A program made the translations under genes and the position numbers. A DNA stretch of 64,000 nt from Chrysomallon squamiferum. Its lineage: Eukaryota; Animalia; Mollusca. Location of the stretch: assembly GCA_012295275.1 (NCBI GenBank), contig CM022665.1:38130001-38194000 (forward strand). The letters run 5' to 3'. A model generated the notes under the pieces. That model was not told where the DNA came from, searched no databases, and saw only the letters and a list, made by a program, of their open reading frames with translations. Below are positions 17,201 to 31,713 of the stretch, one piece after another (positions within the stretch are counted from its first letter, which is position 1; the number at the start of each line of letters is the position of its first letter).

Positions 17201-17969
17201 CAGAAAATTACAGATAATCCAGGATTAAGATAACAAACAGCAAGAAAGGGAATTAACCACATAATCTATCCAGCTTGACTTATAATTTATAATTAATATT
17301 ACATCCATAATTTTTGTTAAAATAATTCATCTAATAGTAACAACAGTAATAATGTACAACCATAACAATACAGTGTTTTTAACTTTGCTCTTCATCGTAT
17401 AAAGTTAACTGTAATTTCTATAGCAGTTTTGAGAATAGCCAACGCCCTAGTACTGATTTATCGAAGCCTTGTTTTAGTTTGTCCTTTGTATGAGAAGATA
17501 CATACAAAAAACACATACTTGATGCTATTTTAAAGTAGCCTAACGGCAGCTAGCTTATTCTGTCTCTGACTCTATGGTTTTTAACTCTTTATATGGTATA
17601 ACGTCAAATTACTGTAGATTCTTAAAAATGTTCGTTGGGAAGTAAAACTTTTCTTTTTCTTCATAACTTTAAAATGCGGTGACAAACAGCAAGAAGAGAA
17701 ACGGCATATGAGATAAACAATAAAATAATTAATTACTGTGTACACATTTATTAAACCTACTGGTAACAGTAGACGTATTAATTGTGACTATCCCAGACAT
17801 AATTTTTAACCGTATAAATATTGTTTCAGCTCTTGGTTTTGTTTTTCTGTATTAGCGCATGACATAAATGCTGCGAGTGTTGTAAACTGGGTTATATATT
17901 AAATATTACAATATCCTGCTTAACACGACGTAATATCGTAGACGTTAGCAAAACACAAATAAAATAAAT

Positions 17970-18001
<32 letters not shown>

Positions 18002-20959
18002 TTCACACACGTACACGTATGTATGTATGTTGACTCAAAATAAGACCAAGAAATAAATAAATAAAAAATAAAAATATTTTTTTTAAAATGTTCAAAATTA
18101 TGACAGTTCACATGATTTTACAAAATGTTTTCTTGATTTTTATTCTTTTGTTTTACTTTTATTTACATTTGTAATGGAGGTGTTTGGGTTTTTTTTTTTT
18201 TGTTGATTACTTTGTTTTCTTCCTTTGGGGGGAATGTGGGTTTTTTTGTTATTGTTGATGATGATGATGATGTTGTTGTTTTTAACAAACATTTTCCTTT
18301 CCATTATAATATTAATTTAAAAACAAATAAAAATATATAAAAATAAAGACGGAAAATGTTCAGGAAAAAAAAAAATGAGAAAAGCCCAATCATGTTACTA
18401 TTTATAGAACGAAACGCGATAGCCGAAAGAGATATGGCGGAAGTATAAATATCACTGAAGATACATCATCGTGGTCAACAAATGATGAACTTTAAACGAC
18501 TTCTTCGTCATCGTCATCGACTTATAAGTCCTGTCGTTAAAAAGAATATGTGTGGAACGTGTACCTATTGTTTTTCTCTCACTTTTTTTTTTTTTTTTTT
18601 TTTTTTTTGCCTTCTTACTTTTGTTTCTGTGTTTCGAAGTCTGTTGCGTGTTTTTATAAGTAAATAGTCTGCATTGTCCACTGCATCTCTAAATCCTCAA
18701 GTAAGCAAATTCAATTCGTATTGCTTAAAAAATTAAATCCAAATCTGAAATGCCGTCGTTAAATTTAAAAAAACAACAACAACCCAGCATTATGGTGATT
18801 TGTCATGGAACAAGTTCGTGAAGAAGGTAACAGTGCTTACCCAGACTTCGTTGCAGCTTGCGAAGTACCCCTCATAACAGTCGAAACTTCAGGGTCTCAG
18901 CAGAATGTATCTATAAGTGTATCTACGTATCTATCTATTTGTGCATATATCTGTCTATATCTATCTATGTATGTATGAATGTATGCATCCATAAATGTAT
19001 GTATCTATATATCTAAGTATATATGTGTGTATACTATATATATATATATGTACGTCAGTGTGTGTAGAAACTTAGTTGTTGTCTGAGTATATGTGCGTAT
19101 GTATGTACATACGTAAGTATGTGTAAAATAACAATATACACATATTATTATTATTTAAACATAGCTACATACGTACATACATATATACACAATATAAGTG
19201 TATGTATATACAGACACTATGCTGTCGTACACCACCTCACACTTTCCCTTTAGCGACCTCACTAAAACCGGGTAATGGCCAGACGGTAAACAGCACAGAT
19301 CAAGTTTTTAAACAACGTGCTAATAATCGTGGAGCCAGAGATATGTGCCTGCTGCATGGAAGGTAACAAACACCTATGTTTTTTAAGCCCTCCTTTCGCT
19401 TCGCTTACCTCTCACTCGTCACGTCTAACTAGAAAGGACACCACTTATGCTTTATACGCCACATCAAAGTCGTTAACTCCTAAATCGTCCCCGAGGTGGC
19501 CTTCGCCGAGTTTTTCGCTATTTCTGAACTGGCTACTTGATCCAATAAAGATCGTGTTGCAACGATAACTTCATCTCGTCTGAGATCTGCTTGTCCTCTC
19601 GCCATTTCGGCGGAATTTTTGTCAACTGTTAGATAACTCTGTTTTTGTCGCGTTCTTCTCGCAACGCAAACAATGCGAGCCATCTCCCCAAATCACCAAT
19701 TACAAAGGTGAAGAGCTCATTTTTTTTCGTCTTCTTCTTCTTGTTATATTTTTTAAACTTTTTTTTTTTTTTTTACATCTTTCTTTCAAATTCACTTTTT
19801 TTTTCACCAATTTTTTTTAATAGATTTTTTTATTTTATTGATTTTTTTGTTTGTTTTTACCCAGTTCTTACATTTTACTTTTATCTTTTATCGCTTATAC
19901 TATCAATTATTTTTAAAACTTTTTTATAACTTTTTTTTTTTTTTGTGATTTTGGAATTTCGTGGTAGGGGGAGAGAGTTATTGACTGATGGGTGTTTTGT
20001 GATCAGATAGAATTACGAAAACGTGGAAATGTTTGTTTTCAAAAGTATCAGCAAGTAAAGAACACCCATACTAAGCACGTGCAAATATTTGAATTAATTT
20101 TGAATAGAAGTGTTTTCGTTTTTCTGTTAGCGTCGTGTGCGGTTTGCTCGTCACAGTGCATCTGTCTATCTGTGTGTGCGCGAGTACGTGTTTGAATATA
20201 CGTGTATAAGTATGTATGTACTGAAAAATGTGCGTATCTTTTACATCAAAGACACGGTGTGTTTGTCTGTGTGAAAAAGAAAATGAAAACGCAAAAATAA
20301 TGACGCATTTGTATCAGTGTATTTTCTTCATTCCGTCCTGTTAAGTATTGCAAATAAATTACATTACGAGTATTTAACGTGTTAAAACCAGCGCTTTTTC
20401 TGTGACGTAAGCGCGAGAATTTTATAATATTGCGATGCAGGTCCATAACCTGACGTCTGCGTGCACTCAGTGTCCATTTGTTGTACGCAGCTTGACCACG
20501 TCACGAGCACTTATTGTCCACTAACTTCACTCAACTTTGTTGTGTGTGTGGGTATTTCATTTTTTATTACTATTTATTTATTTATTTATCTTTGTAAAAT
20601 TTAGGACAAATCAACCATATTGCCCCCACCCCAACTAAAGAGTCCATGTTTCTTAGCAACTGCACTTGAGCGACATTCCTTTCCCAGTAATGTTATACAA
20701 GAAACTGAAGTGACAAATTTGACAAGCTATGCCATGAATTTGGAGATGCACTATTAAAAATGCTGAGAATGTATGTATTCAATCGACATTTTAGTTATTT
20801 TTCTAAATTATTTTCTGTTGTTATCAAACGATAAGTGTGAATGTTTAAAATTAATAATGATGGTTTATAACAAGGTAGTCGTGGGACACTTTCTAAAAAG
20901 GGAAATAATAATTATAATAAAAATAACAATGATGATGATGATGACGATAATAATAATAA

Positions 20960-21010
20960 TAATAATTCGAAATAGCAATATTAATAATTCGAAATAGCAA
21001 TATTAATAAT
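20960..21010. repeat. Perfect 22-bp tandem duplication
   Basis: taataattcgaaatagcaatat x2. Confidence 0.85.
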
Positions 21011-21321
21011 GATGATGATGATGATGTCGAAAAATTAACTTTTTAAATGGTGAATATGGCGATGATGATTTCTTCTGAAAAGACACTGAATATGCTATTA
21101 ACTTTGAACAATATGTTTACAAACGAAACTGAAACGTTTTTTCTAATATACTTTCGCCTATACATCATTAAAATCTCATTATTATTTTTAGTATTTACAG
21201 TGTATGAACTATTTTCTAATGCCTAAGAAAAATGTTCTTTCGTTTTTCGTTCTTTCATTAAGGGTATTGTTAAATATTTTTTGTTTGTTCATTACTCTAC
21301 TGTGGTGATAAATTGTTATGA

Positions 21322-21356
<35 letters not shown>

Positions 21357-21984
21357 TTATACAACATCAAACGATTTCTCTTTCATTAACAAAACAAAAC
21401 ATATTAACATGCATTTCAAACAATTTCACATTAATTAACAAACTAAAATATATTCACACGCATAAACACACACATCAAACAATTTCAAATTAAGTGAAAT
21501 TTCTAACTGATTAGTGAAATGTTTTAATCCTTTAATCTAACGACAGTGACAATGATTTTTATAATTACAGAAATACATCAAAATGACAGAATTTTTTATT
21601 AATTAATTTATTTATGTATTGTTTTGTTTTCTGTGTATGTGTGTTTTCAGTGTTTTTTTTTTTTTTTTTTTTTTTTTTAATGGTTTCTGGGGTTTCTTTT
21701 GTTGTTGTTTCTGTTTTCTGAGGGTTTTGTGTTAGTTTTTTGGGTGGGGATATAAAGTTTTATTGTTGGTATTGTAAAACACACACACACACGCACACAC
21801 GCACACACACACACATCGCCTGCAAACGTCATGGCCCGCGGATGCATGTACACAACTCGAAGGTGGATTAGGTTGTAATCCTGTCACACTGATGTGTGGC
21901 AGACGGGTTAGTGTGAAGATGTGCGTGCGGAAAACACATACTGTTTTCTCATTTTTAAATTTATCATTTTATTTATGTATCTAT

Positions 21985-22015
<31 letters not shown>

Positions 22016-22026
22016 GTAGTAGTAGT

Positions 22027-22058
<32 letters not shown>

Positions 22059-23399
22059 TTGTAGTAGTAGTATTATTTTTTTATTATTATTATTATTATT
22101 GTTGTTGTTGTTGTCGTTGTTGTTGCCGTTGTATATAATGATGTTATTGAAGTCTTGTCAACTTTCAGTTATTTAACAATGTTTCATGTATATCATATTA
22201 AATTCTTCTCGAATTTAGATAGACAATATAGACAATGATGGGATGTTCTACCGCAAGCCGTTGCAGAAATAGCAACATTCCCCAGGCCCCTGACACGGAA
22301 ATGACGTTTGAGAAAAATTAATAGTATTGGTAATCCGACTTCCCATGTTTATCTAATGATCAAGTTATCAACGTCTGCCAAGTGAAGTGGCCATCTGGAA
22401 TGTTGTCAATCCTTTCGAGATTATATTGTTACGAGCATCATTATGACGTAATGTGATGACGAAAGCACTAAAGGACTTGCACACGATTTTTATTTCATTT
22501 TATTTATTAATCACACACACGGACATATATACATACATATATACATGTTCCATGACAGCTTGATCTATCAGTTTGTAGGTCTGATAATGTAATTTAATTT
22601 ATTTTATCTCATCTTTAAAATTGTGTTTATCATAAAAATGAAGAAATCCCTAATCTGAAATGGTATATGCACCCTTGATTACTCATACTTACACATACAA
22701 AAAAGCTCCCCAAAGGCCTGATGTATTATGCAGACAGTGCAAAAACGCTTTACATTACAAACTAATACTTGATACCTGCAAACCCGTTATTTAAAATTTC
22801 GGATAAGATACTGTTAAACATTAATTCTATTTTGTATTGTGAAAATTATTACAACACGCTTAAACGTTTAACGTTATCTGAAGGCAAACACAATATATGA
22901 TAGTATATTATTGTCAATAATAAAATTTGGTTTCTCATTTATTTATTTACTTTCTTTTCTTTCTTTCTCACTTACTTACTTACTTACTTATTTAAATGTA
23001 TATGTTACGATAATATCGGGGAAAAACAAAGATTAAGTGTGTTGCAATCATGGATTAAGGTGTGAGCAGAGTCTCGTTTCATAACCACTGCACCAAGCAC
23101 TGTTCAGTTGAAATTCCAGAAGAAGCCGGTACCGGACTTGGACGCCCACTGTTTTAAATGCGTGACTACCTTAATTACACGCGACCTTGTTTTAAAGGCG
23201 ACGAATAAAACACAACAAAATAAGGCTTCCTTCCTGGCGAAACGTGGAAACTCCCCTCCTATGAAAACTTACATAAAATTAATGACAGGTGTTTTGTGAC
23301 TCTTACAAACTAAAATAGGTGTGTCTGATTAGCAGAAAATAAAAATAAAATAAAATAAAAAAATAAAAATACATGAAAACTTCAAACTAATATAAGTGT

Positions 23400-23443
23400 A
23401 CATCTATATCTATATTTATCTATCTATTTATCTATCTATCTGT

Positions 23444-23500
<57 letters not shown>

Positions 23501-23515
23501 CATCCATCCATCCAT
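23400..23515. repeat. (TATC)n/(CATC)n tetranucleotide microsatellite
   Basis: Direct reading. Confidence 0.9.
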
Positions 23516-23909
23516 GTATTTATATATATATATAAACATTTTCAGTACTTTATAGTCACTGAATTGTAAATTCCTTTTACTCATAATTTACATTGAAGTA
23601 GTGTTTTTCTTTATTTTTGCCTGATTTTATTTATTTATGTTCTATGTGAATACCCGGATCCAGCATACATATTTGTACATATTAGTAAAATAATTATTTT
23701 CATTTAACTAATTTTCTACAGTCCGGAAAAATGTTTTATCGTGTTAACAGTATTTGCGTGATTTGTAATAACGTAAAAATATTTATGTGATGACTTTCAC
23801 CATAGACCACACTGTTATTTATTTCAAATAAAATAAAACGTATACAGAACTTCTAAGGACGATCCTGAAAGTTTGCAGCCTTACAGCAAGAACATACTAT
23901 TCTATGATT

Positions 23910-23944
<35 letters not shown>

Positions 23945-24747
23945 TATCATCATTATTATTATTATTATTATTATTGATGATGATAATGACGTTCCTGTTT
24001 GATGTTATTGGCTTCGTTATGTTAGAATATAAAATTAATCTACAATACTAACGTAATATAACACACAATTGTTGGTAATGGGGATGATGATTGTGTTGTT
24101 TTTCTTATTACCGTTGCTGTTGTCACTGTTAAACCGCTACTCTGTTATTTTTAAAACACTCTGCTGTCTTTACGTAACAGATACGTCTATTTTTTTACCA
24201 TGCAGCAATAAACGTCAGTTTTCTGACAAGCGTCATTCTTAACTTTTGTCATGTATCGCCTAATCAGTACATTCTAAAACACTTGTTCTATAATTAGTCG
24301 TGTACAAAAAAAAAAAAAAAAAAAAAAATCTGTACCCCTGTGACGCCTTGTTTTTCTTTACGTTAAAACGCGGCAGGTGCGACACTTAACTAAACGTTTA
24401 GAGTAGTCATCTTTACAAATACCACAAAGCCAGTTAGTTGGTCATTCAGTAAGTAACGCCTTAACAAACGTGGCTTATAAAGCAGAAAAATGAGTTAAAC
24501 TCCGGTCTTACGTGTGATTCGGTGACGTGTAAATAATTGCTTGACCACAATTGTGAATGTATTTCATACACTTTTTCTGTAGGGTTTAGACCGTAGTAAG
24601 ATGTAATATGCAACAACAGGTTGTTTGTTTTTACAGCTGAACAATTACTGTTTGATTCAGGATACCAGGAATGTTTTCATTTCCTTTCGATAAACGTTTA
24701 CATTAGAGCTTTATCCCTTGTTTAATCAATGATTATTGCTTATAACA

Positions 24748-24749
<2 letters not shown>

Positions 24750-24838
<89 letters not shown>
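24750..24838. repeat. (CT)n microsatellite
   Basis: Pure dinucleotide run. Confidence 0.95.
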
Positions 24839-24841
<3 letters not shown>

Positions 24842-26185
24842 TATATATATATATATTACAACCTTCTTAAATTTATTCTTGTTATATCATCATATTTTTT
24901 TAAAAGCCTATAATTATTTGAACATATAAAGTACCTTATTTCAATTATCCCTCAGTTTTGTTGTTGTTGGGTTTTCTTTTTTTCTTCTTTTTTCCCCACA
25001 TTTAAATTTTTATTCTTTTTAACTTTTATAGCAATTTAATAATCAAAAAATATATACATAGTTGTATTTGGCCCCAAACTGGCAAATGACCTGTGGTTGT
25101 TTGTTAATTTACAACAGCTTTTTATAGTTGATGGCTAACTGTGACAACGCCATTCCTGTGACAACACCGCTCGAACTTCAAAGGTAAGGAAAACAGAAAG
25201 AAGGAAAAAAAAAAAAAAGCCCACAGTTCACGAAAAACAAATTAAGTATTAGATGCCAATCTGAAACGATTGCCGCCATTAAACTCTGTCAGAAGTTATG
25301 TCCCTTAGGCTGTAATCGCCAATAAACAATATATTAATTTTAAACATTGACCAGTCATTAATTTTTTGAAAATAGAAATTTAAAATATTTATCAAGATAT
25401 CTGGTTGTTATTTCTACGATTGTTATTATTGCTTAATAATAATCTTTAAATAATTATTTCATATTTTAAAAATGAAGTGTATTTGGGAAAGGACAAGTTT
25501 TACAACGGACTGGTTTTGTAACTTTGTTACGATCGTTACGCGAGATGAAACGCGAGATCATAACGAAAAAAAAAATATATATATATATATATACACACAC
25601 ACATATAAATTTCGCAATAAATATAATTTTTAAAAGGTTTTATTTCTTATTAATAAAAATAATATTAGAATGTATTTTGTACTCCCAACAACACGCCCTT
25701 GCCACAAACAGTGATGAATCATGTTTTATTACTCGATTTAAATTTTTTTTTTTATCATACTAAGTTACGTTCAGCTGTAATTCAAATTTCCTTTGATGTA
25801 TACCATAATGCTTTTATGATCAGTAGTGATTAATAATTCTTGGCTGGAGTTCTTTGTAACTAACGCGAGAGATATTTTTATCTGTCTTGTTTCTATATAA
25901 AACACACCATATCGAGTTTTCTACTGTTTATTATTAGTGCGTAGAAATCAGTGATACAAAAATCGGTTTAATAAGGTAACAATTTTTAGTAATTAACAAG
26001 TTAGATATTTTTAGCATATATATGTATATATATAGCTGCTTTGTGTCTATATAAAGCACAAAATGCTGCTTTCTGTAGTGTTTATAATTAGTGTACAGAA
26101 ATTGATGACTAAAAAAAATCGATTAATAAGTTACATAGTTATGTTTCCGAAATAAAATTTAAACTGTCAAAAGAAAGAGAAAAAT

Positions 26186-26186
<1 letters not shown>

Positions 26187-26258
<72 letters not shown>
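26187..26258. repeat. (GA)n microsatellite
   Basis: Pure dinucleotide run. Confidence 0.95.
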
Positions 26259-26262
<4 letters not shown>

Positions 26263-27994
26263 TGCAAATATTTTTATAACCTTCATTTGATATAATATTA
26301 TTTTACGACTTTCACGTCATTTTCCAGACCGCCCATGTTACCACAATGTAAGTAAAGGATTAATTTATAAATAGACTTGTTAGTCATCGATTACAAATAA
26401 ACAGTTTGTTATGACTTGAATAACACCAATAATATTATGTTGTTTCGACTGGTAGTTCCATTTAACATTAGTAAACACGATTATCTCATGTTGCCTAATC
26501 AGGCCAAGTGTTTTCTTAACAATTAGGTGTCTGTTTTTAGAACCTGTTGGCGACAGAACGCTAAACATTAACACTGATCGTATATCTGTTATGGTCGACC
26601 CGTCAGCTATTTCAGACATGCTTGCGCTCTCTGAAGGTTCAAGCTCACTTGTTGTGGGTTCAGAGTTGTCTGCGAAGTTTTAGTATGTAATAGTGGTGTT
26701 TACAGAAAAAGCAGGGTGTAGCAGTGTTACACCTTCCCAGTTATAATTTTTTTTATAAAGGTCCAGTACCAGGTTGCGATCCCCGAACCTATCAGTCTAA
26801 ACGTTTTGTTCATAATTATATGAAACGGTCTTCATTACTTTTTTCTTTTCTTTTTTTATTGTTATTATTTTTTTTATTTTTATTTTTTTTCTTATCCAGC
26901 GTTTGCCGTCTGGTTTGTGTTGCAAATAATGGAAGTTTACCAGAACATTAAATAGCGAAATGAAAAAGCGCTACTGACTTTTGGGTGAATATGTATGGAT
27001 TTATAAAACAGACTGCTCCTTCTCTGTATGGTTATTTTAAAATGAATGACGAAAACCGGATCCCATGAACAGATCCTTTCCAGATCTTCTTCTCTACTCA
27101 CTGCCCTCCTCTACTCACTGCTCACATCCAAGCCTCATTTTGATACAGATCTCGCGTAACCCAAAAAGCTTTTAGTACGAACATGTTAAAATATTTTGTT
27201 TATGTAACCAGACGTCAAAAGGACAAAATTCTTAAATGAATATTATACAGCTGCGATATTTCTAATATGACTGTTTGAAAATAACTTATAAAGCTTTGTA
27301 TAGTCATGTTACAACGGCGTGTGATTTTGGATTCCAGCTTGCGGTTTTGAATGTATGTCTTGCTCATACTTCAGTTTAAAATAAATTTATAACAAATTCC
27401 TGTGCACACTGACAGGATAGATTTTTTAAAATAAATTAAAAATACTTTCCTGATCACGGGTGATGCATGGGTGTGCTTTGTGTACGCTGTGCTTGTGCAT
27501 CTGCAAGCGAACGTGAGTTTTGATAATCAGATGTGCATCCGTGTTTGTGTGTGTGTACAGTTGTGGCTGGTCGGTATACATATTTTGGGGTATATATATA
27601 TATATATATATGTATGAACATACTCATGTATGTTTTCAATGTCTGTTTCCTCATTGTCTGTAAAAGTGTGAAAACATAATTTTGTTTTTCATAAATATAG
27701 ATATTTTCAAGAGAACGGTAGTTCTCCTATAGGCTGTATTTCACTGTGGTTTTTGTTGGGCATACAAACGTAAGATATTCTCGTATTTTAAAGCGATACC
27801 TCAGTGTTTACATTGTCAGTGCATGTTAATAGCGATTCACAAGTTTGTGGAATGCTGTCAGCTTTCTGAAATAAGAGAAAATATGCTTTTAAAAATCTGT
27901 GGGATTTTCTTTAGTTTTCCTTTTAAATATTTAAACCCATTATTATAATATGAATGCTTTGTCAGTGTAAGTTTGTATTTCTACACCTCTTCGT

Positions 27995-28065
27995 GTGTGT
28001 ATGTATGTGAACACACCTCTACACAGTGTGTATGTATGTGAACACACCTATACACAGTGTGTATG
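27995..28065. repeat. 31-bp tandem duplication
   Basis: gtgtgtatgtatgtgaacacacct(c/a)tacaca, about 2.3 copies. Confidence 0.85.
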
Positions 28066-29739
28066 CGTACATGTATCTATGTATTTAGGAATACTTATTC
28101 TGAATCTTCATGTACTTTTGTACAGACTCTGCACACAGACAAAATTCGGGAACACATGGGCAAAGGACAAAGTCCAAACATGACCGCTGACAAGACTCGA
28201 ACCTATAGGCGATTTTACTCGGCCACCAAGACAACTTTATGTACGCACCTATGTCTGTATGTATGTATGTACGTTTGTGTGTGTATGTAAGAATGTATGT
28301 ATATTGTGTGTATGTGTGCGTGTATGAGTATATGAGTATATGAGTGTATGTATGTAGTTAAACATGCATATGTGTGATGGGGGTGTGTTAATTAGACCAC
28401 CACTGCGATCGTAATTATAATACATATTTATCCTAACACTAATGATTGACTCAACAATACGAAATAACTTCTTGTGTACTTATCATTACATCTAATTACA
28501 GTTTTTCAAATATTTGTCTATTGTGGGGATAAACATCAATATATGCTCTGAAACAACAGCTTGCAAACGAACCATTCACAGTAGCTTTAGCTTTACGCTA
28601 CCACTTAATTACCCGTAAAGTGACCAAACAACTTTAGTGTCAACAATAAAATTGTCAGTTACGTCATCATTTTTTTTTTTTTTTTTTTTTTTGAGTCCAT
28701 AAAGAGGCAACTGCCAAAGGGACGCTAATGGGATGACGTTTCATTACTGTAATTACTGTGTTATTTTAAAGCAAAAGTCTCCGAACAAAACAATCTTATT
28801 TTTGCTAAAAATACAATCGCATTAACGTTTAAATGGAATGTGTTTGATGTAACCGAAACGTTCTTTTAAGCTATCGATTTATCCGCGGTTGAAAGGCGAC
28901 CGTAGCGATGTTTTTGGTCAAGCCGAAGGTTATAGATATTGACAGAAGCTTCTTTAAATAGTAAATATGATGTTGATGTACTAGCCCAATTAACAACCAT
29001 GCCATATTTGTGTAAAATGCCGATTAAATAACTCGAAGACTGAAAAATAATATGGAAACTCCACAATTAGCTCAATTTTAATAAAGTCGTCCTTGAACTT
29101 CATTATAAATAAAAACAGTTGAGAGGTTAGCCATAGTTATATCAAAGACGGTCTTGTATTAGCCAACACACTTGCTGTTTTACAGGTTAAAATAATAATT
29201 TAAAAAAATATATGTGTAATTAATCTTATAAATCATTATTAAGTAGCATACATAAGACCACCGGTCCCTGTTTATCTTTTCGGTATTATTAGCTGATTAC
29301 ACAGTTCAAGTTCGTCGATTTTCAAAAAAGGCAAAAGTTTCGATTAACTTTGACAAACAGCTGTACAGAAAATGTTAAAAGTAAAAAGAAAAAAGAAAAA
29401 GAAAAAGAAAAGAAAGAAAAAAAGATTTTTTTTTTTTTTTTTTTAAATCCCACACATCTATGAAAGTTTAGTGTCAGTTAACTTTACTCGATTTGCAAGT
29501 ATTTCTGAGAATGCTTGTGTGTGGGGGGACACATATAGATATGTGAGCGCGCGCGCGCACAGGTAATAACAAAACAACAGAATTTGTTATTTTAAAATGA
29601 TGATACTTACTTTCCAGCGTATATACGCATAAAATATATGGCATGTATTTATGAGGGGGTGTTTTGGCTCTTCGGAAAGGTTTTGTTTATTGTTTGTTTG
29701 GGTGGGGGGTTTGGGGGAGTTGTGTTTTGTTGTTGTTTG

Positions 29740-29770
<31 letters not shown>

Positions 29771-29976
29771 ATTTATTTATTTTTTTTTTTTATTAAAAAA
29801 AATAAAATTGGATTAATGCAGAGTTTGATTAAATGACAGAAGACTGATGGTGGTGAATGTGTAACTATGGTGACAGTACGAAATGGTGATTGTGATGAAA
29901 CTTGTGATATTCTGTTGTTGTAATGTCTTATTTAAATACCAAATTAAGTTTTACTGTCCGAAATATTTCATCCTTC

Positions 29977-30034
<58 letters not shown>

Positions 30035-30056
30035 ATACCATACTCATGATTGTTAT

Positions 30057-30098
<42 letters not shown>

Positions 30099-31004
30099 AC
30101 AAAACAACGTTCAATATTAAACTTCACACTCCCAAATCAAAGTACACATCAAGGGAGATAACTTTTGTCGCCATCGTTCTCGGTGAAGTCGTTTTAATTA
30201 TGCAAAAGAACGAGAAAGAAAAAACTTCTCCCCACCTACCGGTTGGCATCTATAATGACAGAAAAATAAAAGTTTTACTAGATTCAAATCTGTCTCTGTG
30301 AAGTTTTGACCAATAAATACTTTCAGTTAATCATTTAACTCTCTGAAAACAGCTATTATAAGACCTTTTTTATTTCACTATCACGCACACACACACACAC
30401 ACGCACACACACGTGTACATTCACACTTTCTCCCTCTCGTTAACCAAACCAACATAAATACGTTTTCGATAAGGACAGTCTGCATTCAGAAAGGTTTGAC
30501 ATGATCAACTCCCTTTTGTTTACGTCAACAACAAAACGAAAAAGAAACGAAAAAAAAAAAAAAAAAAAAAAGAAAGAAAGAAAGAAAATAAACTATTATT
30601 GCTTATAAAAATTAAGTAACCATGAGAACACATTTTCAAAAGAATATATTATATAAAAAATAAAATAAATTTATTTAAATATATGTATTCATAAGCTCAG
30701 CTCTTTTTTAACCCATCTAAATTTGATTAATTCCTGGAACACCCAGTTGGCATATTCATATGTAACAGTAAGATGCAAACAGGTAATGCTAATACGTTTA
30801 TTCCTGAACATTTATAATGGGTGTAAGTTATTAACAACCTGACAGCAGAGGGAAAATATAAATCATTCAAGTGACACTTTATTTGCATCTCTAACAAAGT
30901 TTGAACTGCCGCAAAAAAACAAAAAAAAAAAAAAAAAAAGTACCTTCTGACATCATCGCTAACAACGTCGTGTTTCGTTATCAATCAACCTGATACACTT
31001 GCCT

Positions 31005-31330
31005 ATATCGTGACTCATTCATAATGACGTTTTCAGGTGTCCAATCAAGTGATTTGACACACAGGTTGTTTTGCGAAGGCACGAGACGAAAACGACGGGA
31101 GATTCGAGAGTTAACCAATCAAAACAATCGACACACTGGTTGATTCTACCGGCACGAGACATTTACCGTCAGTTGACCAGCTGTAACGAGAGGAGTAGCA
31201 GCGAAAGAAGCGAAGTATTGCTGACGAAAGCAGTTATATACGTTTACAAAAAGACGATTATTTATTTAATTAATATCTATTAGAATTCGACAGTCACATG
31301 GATTATTAGCGGCGTGTCACCAATCATACA
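31005..31330 (+). promoter_or_regulatory. Likely RhoU/V promoter region
   Basis: CpG-dense segment upstream of the ATG with AP-1 TGACTCA 31011-31017, half-CRE TGACG, and CCAAT boxes at 31041, 31115, 31320. Confidence 0.55.
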
Positions 31331-31526
31331 TTTACTAATAACATCAACAGTGACATTCCGAAACATGATTTTGTGCGAAACGAATTTTTCAGCTGTCAGT
31401 TTCATCTCCAGCTGACGTATTGCATTTCGTGTTTTGACTGCAGCCGATGAGAAGTGTTTTCAAAATTTCGTCGTGTAGTTTGATTTTTTGTAGTAGAAAC
31501 CCTGTTCAGACAGAACCGGCTTTAAG

Positions 31527-31713
31527 ATGCCCCCACATTCTATGATGGACCATAACACGAACTTGTTGCCGGAATTGGACCCTCTCGAACACCAGAGGGT
31601 AAAGTGTGTGTTGGTTGGGGATGGGGCTATCGGAAAGACTAGTTTGGTCGTTAGTTACACCACAAATGGATATCCCACAGAATATGTGCCAACAGCATTT
31701 GACAATTATTCAG
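31527..31713 (+). CDS. RHOU: RhoU exon 1 (coding part)
   Basis: MPPHSM...P-loop and switch I; donor cag|gtgtgt. Confidence 0.95.

Noticed and set aside
18804-18977. Plus-strand short ORF MEQVREEGNSAYPDFVAACEV..
   Set aside because: Under 60 aa, runs into (TATC)-like repeat, with no recognisable homology or convincing exon partners.
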